Shown here: positions 10,217-20,761 of the stretch, in pieces
How the letters are laid out: the number at the start of each line of letters is the position of its first letter
How positions within the stretch are numbered: the first letter of the stretch is position 1
From: an uncultured delta proteobacterium
GTDB taxonomy: Bacteria > Desulfobacterota > Desulfomonilia > Desulfomonilales > Desulfomonilaceae
Length of the DNA stretch: 64,000 nucleotides
Reading direction: 5' to 3'
NCBI GenBank assembly: GCA_963789265.1
Contig: CAWBKB010000005.1
Span: 192,001 to 256,000 of the forward strand
Made by a program: the position numbers and the translations under genes
The notes under the pieces: generated by a model
Databases searched by the model: none
Seen by the model: the letters and a program-made list of their open reading frames with translations, nothing else
Told to the model about the DNA's origin: nothing

Positions 10217-12175
10217 CTAGAACGATCCGACGACCCGCAACTCGATACCAAAAATCGGATCGATCTGCCTCTTTGGATTGACACCCCAAGCCGCCGGATT
10301 CATGTCTCCAAAGGCTGTCTTTGGCCCACTAGGGTTGTTCATCGACGCTTGAGCCCAATTTGGCACCGCCTTGTCAACGCAGGCCCAGCTAAACCATTGC
10401 CCGGGCTGCCAGTACGCGGATGAGAAGTTTATGGTAAATCCTTCCAGGAGCTTCCAGTCAAACCCTGCGTCGATTTCCCAACCCAGGTTGGCATCCGGTA
10501 TAGAGGGGGCACCTTCCCTCGCCACATCATGATAAAGGGTCACCACACCGGACGGCAACCCACTTGTCGTAGAAGTGGCGGGCTTGCCGAACGTCCCTGT
10601 ATAACCTATAGCCGGCGCCGTATAATGTAAATTTATCGCCCCATTGGGTACAATGGGCTTGATGAACCCCCACCCATAGCCGCTCTTGGATGCTCTGTCC
10701 GCCCAGAAGAAGCTCAAATAGGTATTCAGGTTGGATGCCACCGCGTAGTCCAGTCTGGCCCCGTAAACCGAAGCGTCTTCTACATACCCGTTTCCTGTGT
10801 CACCGTTAATATGAGTGCCCAGACCGTATGCATAGACCATGAGCAAACTGTAGGGCCGAAACAAACCGGTGTTCGAGTTAGAGCAAGACGGTCTCACGTT
10901 GGTGAAAGAACCAACGGTGGAAGTGCTGGTCCTGCCGGCCTGAAATAAAACTCCGGTTTTGTCTATCTGTGCGCCATTTCTCCGGTCAGGTCCCGATGAC
11001 CAGGCATAGATTACGGACATCTTGGCCGGGCCGCAAAGAAAGCCCCCTTCCGCGACGGCTCGCCAATTCTCGATATAGGTGGTCTCAGCACCGGGGAAGT
11101 GACCGGCTACACCCGGAGTGTTACCAAAGTCCGGGGCTCCTGTCGCCGTCCTCCGAATGTTCCTGTTGATCTGATGATCCCAGTCTAATTCCGTGTTGAA
11201 AAAGAATCGGCCATTGTTGTACTTTAGGTACCATACACCATAATTCTCATAATGCTCTACATACGGCCTGACTTTCCTCGTACCCGGACTGGCTATGATG
11301 CCTTCGCCCCCAACGAGCCATCGGACCGGGTTAAACAGGATGCCCATCTCAAACGGTCCGTTGTGATACCTGACGACTGGAAACGAGAAATCAAATTGCC
11401 GTTTGTTATTCTTGTCGAAATCCTGATTAAAATATCCTGAAGGGCTGCTGGTACCGACAACTTGGATATTCGGGTTGGGAGGAGTTCCGCCAAAGTTCAC
11501 AGTCGTGGTCCCCCTTCTGGATGTATCAACACGCAACCCAAACAGAAACGGGCCGAAAGGAACCTCTAGGGAGATCTTATGGGTGGATCGGGATTCCAAT
11601 CCATTGTAAAACATGCCGATACCGAATATAGAAGGCCTCTTGCCTATGCGGATAAGACCCCACGGAAGTTGGACGTCAGCCCAGAGAGTATTCCAGTACC
11701 CAGGTGAAAAGGATCGTTGAACTCCTTGAAACTTGCTGTTAGCATTTTCTGCCGCAACCAGATTGCCCATGCCAAAATCAACGCTGGGGGTGGTATTCGG
11801 ATTGAGTGTTTCCGCCCAAGCACCTATGTAATAATTGCCGTCGATTCGGATCGCGGGATTGATCCTCAGCTCCATATCCGTACTCATGTACTCGACTTGC
11901 CACGAGGAATCAGAGCCGGATACGAAGTTCCCCGCCTGCTCTCCCAGCCATCCATTGATCGGGGCATAAAAGCCCGCAACCGTGCCTGGGATTCCGCTAC
12001 CAGCGTCCTGATCGTAAGGACCGAAAAAGCCCTGACTGCCCCCCTGGGACCTGTAGTCAAACTCCCATGTAAACGCACCGTCCATAACAAATTCCCAGGC
12101 TCCAGCCGGAGCCCTGAACATGATAACGCTCAGGCAAAGAAATATTGCCAACAACCATACGTTATGTCGATGCAT
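10217..12175 (-). CDS. Putative outer-membrane beta-barrel/porin-like protein (652 aa)
   Basis: Signal peptide ending APAGA|WEF, aromatic/Gly-rich amphipathic strands (GWEIDAGFDWKLLEG) and a C-terminal Phe (ELRVVGSF); AAGGAGGA RBS. Confidence 0.7.
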   Translation of the reverse strand: MHRHNVWLLAIFLCLSVIMFRAPAGAWEFVMDGAFTWEFDYRSQGGSQGFFGPYDQDAGSGIPGTVAGFYAPINGWLGEQAGNFVSGSDSSWQVEYMSTDMELRINPAIRIDGNYYIGAWAETLNPNTTPSVDFGMGNLVAAENANSKFQGVQRSFSPGYWNTLWADVQLPWGLIRIGKRPSIFGIGMFYNGLESRSTHKISLEVPFGPFLFGLRVDTSRRGTTTVNFGGTPPNPNIQVVGTSSPSGYFNQDFDKNNKRQFDFSFPVVRYHNGPFEMGILFNPVRWLVGGEGIIASPGTRKVRPYVEHYENYGVWYLKYNNGRFFFNTELDWDHQINRNIRRTATGAPDFGNTPGVAGHFPGAETTYIENWRAVAEGGFLCGPAKMSVIYAWSSGPDRRNGAQIDKTGVLFQAGRTSTSTVGSFTNVRPSCSNSNTGLFRPYSLLMVYAYGLGTHINGDTGNGYVEDASVYGARLDYAVASNLNTYLSFFWADRASKSGYGWGFIKPIVPNGAINLHYTAPAIGYTGTFGKPATSTTSGLPSGVVTLYHDVAREGAPSIPDANLGWEIDAGFDWKLLEGFTINFSSAYWQPGQWFSWACVDKAVPNWAQASMNNPSGPKTAFGDMNPAAWGVNPKRQIDPIFGIELRVVGSF

Positions 12176-12491
12176 TTGATATTCCTCCTTAACGTACAAG
12201 GACGGAGAGGATTCCGTCCTCAAATAAAGAAGCACTCGATCTCTTCAGAATCTTGCAAGATAGCGATTCCGAAGCGATTCAAAGCTCATTTTCAAACATA
12301 GATTGAGAATTTAACAGCATATTAGGTAATGCATAGCGTTAGTGTCAAACCAAAAGATGCAAGAGGCTCCTAGGCGTCTGGGAACCTCCTTCCTTCTCTG
12401 AGCTAGTACGAAGGTTCTTTTGGCAAATGTCACGGTGTTCTCTGAACAGAGAAGAGGAGATTACGCCGACTTTGGTTGAGATTTCTTCTTG

Positions 12492-12507
12492 AGCAATTAA
12501 CATGCCA
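12492..12507 (-). promoter_or_regulatory. Sigma-54 (-24/-12) promoter upstream of the outer-membrane protein gene
   Basis: Minus strand reads TGGCAT-GTTAA-TTGCT, matching TGGCAC-N5-TTGCW with exact spacing. Confidence 0.65.
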
Positions 12508-12805
12508 CGACGGACTCTTTGTTCAGATGCGAAAATGGTAAACAGTTCACACTGGCACGTGTCAGATTTTTTGTCAGTTCGTAAAAGACCCCGGTCAGAA
12601 TGAAGACATCAGCGCGAGTTTGCAGTTCAAAATCCCGACGCGAGAAAATTTCTTGGAACCGAAAGGCAACTGGGGGAACTTAAAATCTTGGCTGTCACGC
12701 GGTATAGAGAAATCTAAACTACATGGTATACTTAGTACTCGATTTCCTAAATACGGTGTCTTATTTCGGGCGATGTTGTGTGTGCTTGCGATCTTATTCG
12801 ACGCC

Positions 12806-12862
12806 GTCACCCCGGACTCCGATCCGGGGTCCAGTCTGGGTTCCCGCGTACTCGGGAATGAC
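12806..12862. repeat. REP-like doublet GTCACCCCGGACTCCGATCCGGGGTCCAG..CTGGGTTCCCGCGTACTCGGGAATGAC
   Basis: Two GC hairpins bounded by GTCA/TGAC in an intergenic region. Confidence 0.7.
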
Positions 12863-13345
12863 GGCAATGGTGCGAGAATACGAGGCCGAATTTAGGCGTC
12901 AGAGCACTTAGTGGAACCACGGTGAAGGGCCGACGCGAGTTCGTACCCTCAGAGAGGATCTGAACTTCGTCCTAACAAAGATGATTGTTGGTGCTTCCGG
13001 CTCTGCTTCGTGAAGTCGGCCGGTCCAAAACAACAAGGACAAAGAAATTTCTAGCAAAAGAGGGAAGTCGCTGATAAGCTTAAAGACGATTGATGACACG
13101 AACCCATTTGTCTTGTCAGCCTGGAGTTCGGTGGCTTGAACAAGGTTTCTGATCCGAGATGCGCTCAGTTATCAGTGCGCGGTCATACATCGGCAGATGA
13201 CATTCGCCGATACAAGAACGTTGAGGAATGCCCTAAAAGCCTGTTCAAGCGGTCGTGTCTTGAAAATGGTTTCTTTTCCTTTTTCCTCTTCCTTAACCTG
13301 CAAGGACACACCATCTTTTAACAAAGAGACATAGAGGAGGTTGAC

Positions 13346-13573
13346 ATGACAAACGTCATTATCGCGTTAACACTTGTGGCATCTCTGGCCTTGGTTCCGA
13401 TTGCTTTGGCCAGGGATGCAAACAGAGATTCGGAACACGAGGTTTGGCATGAGCAGCGGATCTCCAAGAAAGACTGGCACGACGTAACGTACAAACATGG
13501 GAGCGCGAAAAAGGACGCCCTCAAGAGGTACATGGAGGATTCGCGGAAGCTCTGGAATCCTAGTGCGCGCTGA
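13346..13573 (+). CDS. Small secreted hypothetical protein (75 aa)
   Basis: Strong RBS GAGGAGG, a signal peptide ending ALA, and a charged mature part. Confidence 0.65.
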   Translation: MTNVIIALTLVASLALVPIALARDANRDSEHEVWHEQRISKKDWHDVTYKHGSAKKDALKRYMEDSRKLWNPSAR

Positions 13574-13755
13574 GCACTGGGCCGTCAGAATGTCTTGAGA
13601 TATTATGAAGACCGCAGCTAGAAGCCGGTCACGCCTGCAATCGGCTTCTGTTAACGTCCTGTTGCATATTTGCCGAAAAGTCGGATAAAACGGATTCCAA
13701 GTTTTGACCGAACCAACCAAGCGGCTGGTTGAATTCGGTCCGATTCCTGCCGCGT

Positions 13756-15760
13756 CTACACTTCGCAAGCCAAGGTGAAGCCACCATCAAGAGCGCTTCC
13801 AATACGTCCAACTTCTTTTGCATCGCCAATGGCGCACACATCCACGCCGGACTGCTCAAGTTTCCGGCTTAGAGAATTCTCCGGCCGCGAGCCCATTGCC
13901 AGCACTACCGAATCCGCAGGTATGGTGATGTCATTACCTTTGGAATCAGTGTATATTACCTTCTCCAAGGTGATATCTTTCATTTTCGCCTCGGTCACTA
14001 TGGTTACACCTCTCATTTTGAGTTCTTTAAGAAGCACCCAGCGAGTAGAAGGCCCAATATCCTGGCCAATCCGTGAGACCATCTCAATAACCGTCACCGT
14101 CTTTACGCCTTTGAGCATCAGTTCCCGAAGCACCTCGGGGGACTCTGCCTGGTGCATCGTGAGAAAATAGACCTGGCTCGGGGAAATCGTCCCTTTTGAA
14201 GCCAAGAAGACCGCTGTTTCCAGACCGACCGACCCTCCACCAACCACTACTACATTCGAACCTGTCTGAACCTTTCCCCTCAGAACATCCCAGGCCTGGA
14301 ACACGTTAGGGGCTTCCACCGCCTCTATGGGCGGCTTGAATGGAGCAGCGCCCGTGGCCACGACCACCAGATCAGGTTTTTCTGCTGCCACGAGCTCAGG
14401 CGTGACCTTCGTGCCTGTGCGCACATCTACCTCGTACTTGTGCAAAACAGCACGATAGTAGTCGAAGAGATAGTGGAAATCATGCTTATGGGTCGTTTCC
14501 GCGGACCAGTTGACTTGTCCTCCGATCTGCTGTTTCTTTCTCGCAAAGAATAATTTCGTGTCCACGCTGTGCCGCAGTGACCGCGAATTCGCATCCGGAC
14601 GGACCCGCGCCGGCCACAAGGATCTTCTTTGGGGACGCGGCCTTTACTATGACGGTCTCCTTTTCACGACCACACCTGGGATTGACCATGCAGCCAACGG
14701 GCTTTAATTGAAAAACGTGATCAAAGCACCTCTGGTTGCAGGCCACGCATCGACGAATTTCCTCGGCCCGCCCATCTCGCGCCTTGTTCACAAATTCTGG
14801 ATCGGCCAACATTCCTCTGGCAACCCCTACCAGATCGGCTACTCCCTCCCTGAGCACTTCTTCGGCTATGAAAGGGTCGTTGATACGGTTGCAGCCTATA
14901 ACCGGGATGCCGACGTTTTCTTTGATACCTCTTGCGAGGTAAACATAACCCGCTTGGGGGAGATCCATTGTTATCTGTGGAACTCGGCTCTCATGCCATC
15001 CTCCTGTAACGTTGATGCAGTCAGCCTCCGCTTTTTCCACCGCCGCGGCAAAGACACGTGCTTCCAGGTTGGTGTGGCTGTCGGGCACGAAGTCATTCCC
15101 CGCCACACGAACAATGACGGCCATGTCCGACCCCACTTCTTGTCGAACACGTTTGACCACTTCCAGCCCGAAGCGCATGCGGTTTTCCAACGGACCGCCA
15201 TAATCGTCCTCTCGCTTATTGGTTTTGGGGGAGAGAAACTGACATATCAGATAGCCCGCGGAGGCCAGCACCTCAACTGCATCAAACCCGGCCTGCTTGG
15301 CCCTTCGCGCAGCTTTGACGAAATCGTCCTGGACGCGTTCGATATCGTCCAGGGTCATAGGAGTTGTCTTTTGTCGCGTGAAATAGGTCGTGTACTCGGA
15401 AGGGGCAAGGGTGGGAAGCCCTCTAAGACCGCAGAAGGAGTAGGCACCCGCCATGTACAACTGCACCGCGGTTTTTGACCCGTTCCGATGTATAGCTTCT
15501 GTGAACCTTTGCAGCCCGGGAACGTAGCGATCGTCTTTGATGGAGAGCATCAAGCCGACACCCGATGCCTGATCGTTGATCTCCGCGCCGCCGATAATGA
15601 TCAATCCCGCGCCTCCTCGGGCACGGGTCGCGTAGAAATCGATGAAACGGTCCGTAACTTGTCCGTCGGGGGTGTAATTAAGGTGCATGGCCGTCATGAC
15701 AACTCTGTTGGACAGAGACATGGGACCTACGGAAATCGGCTCGAACAGTTTTGTAATCAA
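13756..15760 (-). CDS. NADH:flavin oxidoreductase / 2,4-dienoyl-CoA reductase (FadH-like); +1 frameshift near 14534
   Basis: OYE TIM barrel (AGFDAVE, GYLICQFLSP.TNKREDDYGG), Fe-S motif CVACNQRC..CMVNP, and two Rossmann motifs (GAGPSG, VVGGGSVGLETA) split across two ORFs. Confidence 0.88.
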
Positions 15761-15827
15761 TGAAACCTCCAGGTTGAATCAGATTTCGACCGCAATGAAG
15801 TGTGTGGCATTGTGTTCAATATAATAA

Positions 15828-15995
15828 TTCACCGCGGAGACCGCAGAGATCGCGGAGAACAGTCTCTTCTTCCCATTTCTGCGATATGGGTACGGCGCAT
15901 CAAGGACAATGCCATCCTATCCGTGAGACGGAGAAGTCACGTCGTCCTGTATAAGCCATTTTCGCCTCTGCGTTCTCTGTGCACTCAGCGGTGAA
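15828..15995. repeat. Inverted REP-like pair TTCACCGCGGAGACCGCAGAG ... CTCTGCGTTCTCTGTGCACTCAGCGGTGAA
   Basis: Imperfect inverted repeat; a related half unit CTCTGCGTTCTCCACGGTGA lies at about 29247-29266. Confidence 0.6.
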
Positions 15996-16025
15996 TCCTT
16001 TTGGCCGCTCTTTCAAGGCCCCACA

Positions 16026-16859
16026 TCACGCGCCTTTGAAATTTCCTTTTCTTTTTTCGAGATACGCGGAAATGGCCTCAAAAAGATCCTCCGATGGCAT
16101 AATCATGCTCGATCTCGCTGCATTGTAGTCCAGAGCCTGATCCATCGGCACCTCATCGTTGAAGAGGAAAACATCCTTGGCACCCTGGACCGCGAATGGC
16201 GGATTATCCGCTATTTCTATGGCCATTTCCAAAGCCTTGGTGTCGAGCGTGTCCTTATCCGGATATACGTTGTTCACCAGGTTGATGGCCCGGGCATGCT
16301 GGGCGTTGAACCGATGGCCTCGAAAAGCTATTTCGCGCGCATGCCCTTGCCCCACCACTTTCGGGAGCCGCTGCAGCCCTCCGACATCCGTGATAATGGC
16401 AAGCGTAGCCTCAGGAAGAGCAAACACGGTCTCTTCCGAACAGAGACGTATGTCGCAACACAGGATAAGTTCCAGTCCGGCGCCAAGGCAGTGGCCGTGT
16501 ATTGCCGCAATCGTGGGCTGTGAGAGGCGCTCCAGCCGCGTATGGATCGCTTGAACTTGCTTTACCTCTTTGAAGAGAGCCACCTTTTGGGCGGCATTCG
16601 CCGGGCCGGTGACCGTTGCTATTATCTTATTTTCAGGGCTCAGATCCAGACCTGCGCAAAAAGATTTGCCCGCGCCTGCCAGGAGTACGACCCTGGCCTC
16701 GGGGTCTTTTTCTGCCATTCCGATGGCCCGGTCCAGGTCCTTCCACAAGCTGAGACTCATTGCGTTCCGCTTTTGGGGCCTGTTAAGCGTGATAAAACCT
16801 ACCCGCCCATCCCTGTGGTAGGTCACGAGAGCCCCGGTTGCCGATACCTCCATGTCCAT
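16026..16859 (-). CDS. Enoyl-CoA hydratase/isomerase (crotonase family)
   Basis: Motifs ITLNRPQKRNAM, FCAGLDL, IAAIHGHCLGAGLEL..CCDIR and DVGGLQRL; GAGGAG RBS before the ATG at 16859. Confidence 0.9.
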   Translation of the reverse strand: MDMEVSATGALVTYHRDGRVGFITLNRPQKRNAMSLSLWKDLDRAIGMAEKDPEARVVLLAGAGKSFCAGLDLSPENKIIATVTGPANAAQKVALFKEVKQVQAIHTRLERLSQPTIAAIHGHCLGAGLELILCCDIRLCSEETVFALPEATLAIITDVGGLQRLPKVVGQGHAREIAFRGHRFNAQHARAINLVNNVYPDKDTLDTKALEMAIEIADNPPFAVQGAKDVFLFNDEVPMDQALDYNAARSSMIMPSEDLFEAISAYLEKRKGNFKGA

Positions 16860-16944
16860 GATCGAATTTCTCCTCACTTTCAGACTCATGTCTCGACGCC
16901 CGTGCGGAGGCGTCCGGCCGCTGTATCGAGAGCTGACGCTCAGT

Positions 16945-19345
16945 TCACAATTCCTCTGATTCACTCCCGTATGCCCCATGTACAAGCTGTATTCCGACAG
17001 GCCTGCCACCCTTATGGATGGCCTCCCGGCCGAGTGCTGCATTTACCCTGAGATCCAGTACATGACGATCGAGAGAAGGGATCCGGGCTGAATCGGGCCG
17101 AGTCGCTTTGAGACACTCTAACAGCGTTTCCTGGAACTCCTTATCGGAAAGCTCCGGAATTGTTTCCAGCAATCTCATGGCCTCTTCAGATCTTTCCATG
17201 TTGAGAAGGCAGCGAACTCTTTTCAGCATGGAGGACGGTACTTCCTCTGAAATTGCCTGGTAATATTCCATAGCCCATGCGTACTTCCCTGCGTTGACCA
17301 GTGTGTCCGCCAATGCGTTCAGCGGGGTGGGCTTGCCTTCCAGCAAACCCGCCAAACTGCGCACGTTGTCGCGTTTATCCAATTTTGCCATCATGTGTAC
17401 CAGCATTAGAAAATGACCTGGAGTCCTCAGCAGAGCACCGGGGTCAGCATCACGCAAAGCCAGGTAGTAAAGGACCTCGTTTTGTTCTCGTAGCAAATCG
17501 AGATCGGGAAATGGATACGTGTTGGATATTCGGAGGTGCTTCACTTCATCGATGGTGCTTGCATTCACCGATATCAATACCTTGTGGATCTTTGCATGCA
17601 CTTGGATTTCTTTTCCCCGCAACTCTTCTTCAACGTAGTCATCGGGAAAAACAAAGTCGAAGTCAATCTCGTTTCCCTCTTTGGCGCCGACAAAACCCGC
17701 TTCAAAAGTTGGGAGCAAAAGCCCTCGTCCCAGCAACACATCCCAGTACTTTCCTGATATTCCTGTAAAGGGAACCCCTTGGATCCAACTCCGTGAGTCG
17801 AATATGATTCGGTCTGTGGGACCGGCCGAGGTTCCGCTCTCTCTAAAAAATCCCAAGGAGGAAATCAGCTCCTTCACCGCTGACTCTTCCCCATTAAGTG
17901 TTGCGCGGTATCCTTCCAAGAATTGTTCTAGCAGCGAAAACTCCTCAATGGCGCTGGCGGCAAGGGCCCCATACGCATGAAACATCGACTCATCCGATAG
18001 ATCCTCCCGATTCGTCAGCAAGAAATCCAGGATCTCAAATAAGCGCTGTTTGTAATAGACGTCTCTTTCCATCTGTTCATTGGCAAGGGCCCAAAGGTTG
18101 CGCACCTTTTTGATGTCCGCCTTTGACATTTGTTCAGTTTCGTACCGGTCCCCAACAGAGAGGTAAGTGGGTCTGTATCCGGGATGGGGCCTGATGCCGA
18201 AGCGTTTCGGGCCGTGTTGGTACACCGATCCAAAGTAAAGCTGCATTTGTTGTGAGCCTGAGTTCGATTGAATAGGGATTTCCAGTGAGCGTAGGAAATT
18301 CATGGTCTCACGCGCGTCATCGACAGTTTCACCCGGAAGCCCGAAAATTGAGAAAAGTTCCGCTTCCATACCCAGTGAATGAACAACCTTGATATTTTCT
18401 TCAAGCTGCCTCAAGAATATCCCCTTGTTGGTATTCTTGAGCACGCCGGGGCTTCCGGATTCGAGGCCGAACGCCACCGTGTCGGCTCCGGCTTGCGCCA
18501 GCTTCTTCAGCAGGGAAGGATCCACGAGATCGGCCCTGGTTTGGAGCCAGAACGGAGTGGTAATCTCCCTCCTGATTTTCTCTTCGAGTAGTCTCTCCGT
18601 TCTGTCCCTGTTCTTCGGTGAAATTGGGGTCGGCAAACCAGAACCGTTTTATTCCCTTTCCTGCGAGGAACTCCATTTCAGCTATTGTTCTTTCAACAGA
18701 ATGGCAGCGTACTTTACCTCCGCAAATGCGGGGAGTTATGCAGAACCAGCAAACATGTCTGCACCCCCTGGAGGAAAGGAGAATTGCCGTATTCTTTCCT
18801 TCCAGATTAAGCAGATTCGCCAAATAAGGGGAAGGATAGAAATCTAGATCTTCAGGCCCTTCCGGCACCGGACCGCTCTCGATGATGCGTCCGTCGCTCC
18901 TGCACGTAATTCCCGGGATCTCTTCAAGGTTCCCGCCCGCCTGAAGGGCCCGGCCTATTGCGGGCAGTATCACTTCGCCCTCTCCCCTTACGAGGGCATC
19001 CACGTCGCAGAGAGCTTCCAGGGCACCTGAAGGCATGGCCGATACCTGCGGACCGCCTAGAACCACCTGTATTTTGGGGTGCCTTGACTTGATGTACCGG
19101 CAGAGAAAGCGAATCCGGCTCATGGTGCTCTGATAGGCCGTGAACCCTACAACCCATGGGTCGATACGGCGAATCCACTTTTCAAGGTTCCTAAGGCTCA
19201 AGGGCCTGTCCCTAAGGTCATCGAGGATTATGCCGTCGAATCCGCCGGCCTTGAGCGCCGCAAGGATATAGCCCGTGGAGATAGGGATACTCTCTGACGA
19301 TTCATAGCCCACATCATGGTTCACATTGATAAAGAGAAAAGCCAC
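16945..19345 (-). CDS. B12-binding radical SAM protein with C-terminal trigger-factor FKBP-like domain and TPR-like helices; +1 frameshift near 18614
   Basis: Cobalamin-binding region (VGFTAY, VVLGGPQ, VRGEGE), SRGCRHVCWFC, FADPNFT and FGLESGS, followed by LLPTFEAGFVGAKEG..FDFVFPDDYVEEELRGKEI. Confidence 0.82.
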
Positions 19346-19461
19346 GGATCACCGTTCCATTGCTGCATAGTTGAGGAGAGGTATAAGAATAACACCAAAT
19401 GAATTTGACAGACAACATGCGCGGTTGACCGACCGTCCCGCCCCTGCTAAATCATGACCTC

Positions 19462-19749
19462 ATGAAAAAGATCAAGAGTCCGTGGTATGGAGCTTTGTGG
19501 ACACTGGTTTGGACGGCAGCCCTTATCTGGTTCCTTGCCTCAGGCATGTTCAATACAAGGGAATGCGTCGGGTTGGTCCTGATATGGTTGGTTCTTGTTG
19601 GTTTTACCGGCTATTTGATTCTGCGCCACCTGAAACATAGAGCGGGGCACGCGGTGGAGCCGCCATCACGTGTCGTTGCTCTCCCTGCACTGAACGCGCC
19701 CTGCCCATGCGGCTCCGGCAAAAAATACAAGCGCTGTTGCGGAGCCTGA
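19462..19749 (+). CDS. Small two-TM membrane protein with C-terminal SEC-C Zn-binding motif
   Basis: Two hydrophobic segments followed by NAPCPCGSGKKYKRCCG. Confidence 0.8.
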   Translation: MKKIKSPWYGALWTLVWTAALIWFLASGMFNTRECVGLVLIWLVLVGFTGYLILRHLKHRAGHAVEPPSRVVALPALNAPCPCGSGKKYKRCCGA

Positions 19750-19818
19750 GGCAAACAAAAGAGACTAAGTTCAGTTTTTCGTAAGTACGGTCGCAGATTT
19801 TCACGCTGGAGATTGCCA

Positions 19819-19873
19819 GTGGGACGGGCATCCTGCCCGTCATCCATAACAGACAGGCTGGAAGCCTGTCCCA
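19819..19873. repeat. REP doublet GTGGGACGGGCATCCTGCCCGTC...GACAGGCTGGAAGCCTGTCCCAC
   Basis: Inverted pair, each unit self-complementary, between convergent genes. Confidence 0.75.
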
Positions 19874-19987
19874 CCATTCACGCGCAATGACATTCCCATT
19901 ACATGTCATAGCGAGCGCAGCGAAGCAATCTTCTTCCGGACCGAGTTCTTAGCTTCACCGTATTTGCGAAAAGGAGCACTAAGATTA

Positions 19988-20557
19988 CTATCTCGTCAAC
20001 CTGTACGTGCTTTCTATCGTGTTAATTACTTGTTGCCGCGCCTGATCCATCCCCCAACCACTATCCAGCAGACAGGTTAAATATAGCCTGGCGGTCATTT
20101 GCATCTCAGGCTCGGTCCGAGCCCTAGCAATCATCATGGGATACCGTGAGCAGTCAGGCCGCTGCTGCACTTGAGGTGGCGGGGGAGGCTGATAAGCCGG
20201 TTCTGGATGCCATTGCTGGAGGACCCGGCTGCTGGTAATGCTCGTGAGACCGCGACGCCCGTTTGCGCGAGGGAGCTGGAGCAGCATTTTCGGTACATAG
20301 GGCTTCACCGATCCGTAACGAAGGCTGTTGCTATTCTGCTGCTGGTACCGTCGCGAGTGCCGACGGTGTCGGGAATCAAGCGGTTGGGTCGAACCGGTGT
20401 CGAGGTGGTTCCCGCGGTTGTCGAATTCAGGGGCTTTGGGCACGCTGTATGGAAAATCCTGGGCCACGACACTCTGAGTGACCACAGTTCCTACCAGGAC
20501 CATAGCCACCGATAATACAATAACCATACCGAATCTCATCATAACAACGATCTCCAT
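19988..20557 (-). CDS. Secreted hypothetical protein, Q/P-rich with a C-terminal two-Cys helical domain
   Basis: Signal peptide (..SVVA|QDF). The middle part may carry compensating frameshifts. Confidence 0.6.
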   Translation of the reverse strand: MEIVVMMRFGMVIVLSVAMVLVGTVVTQSVVAQDFPYSVPKAPEFDNRGNHLDTGSTQPLDSRHRRHSRRYQQQNSNSLRYGSVKPYVPKMLLQLPRANGRRGLTSITSSRVLQQWHPEPAYQPPPPPQVQQRPDCSRYPMMIARARTEPEMQMTARLYLTCLLDSGWGMDQARQQVINTIESTYRLTR

Positions 20558-20761
20558 CTAAATCGGCGCCGCACTATATCACAAGCACGTTGAGAACGCT
20601 ATTTCGCCCCACGGGCGGGTAGTGCCCCAATTCAGTGTGTCAATCGTTATTCCTGCGTACGCCGTCCCGCGTTTCGCGGGACAGTAGGATCGGCCACCCC
20701 GCGGGACGCGGAGCTTCTTCCCCTTATTGAAGGGGGGCCTTGACCGTTGGGGTTCGGAAAT

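Noticed and set aside
12595..13321. Several 60-90 aa ORFs upstream of the outer-membrane protein gene
   Set aside because: They overlap REP sequence or lack an RBS and recognisable motifs.
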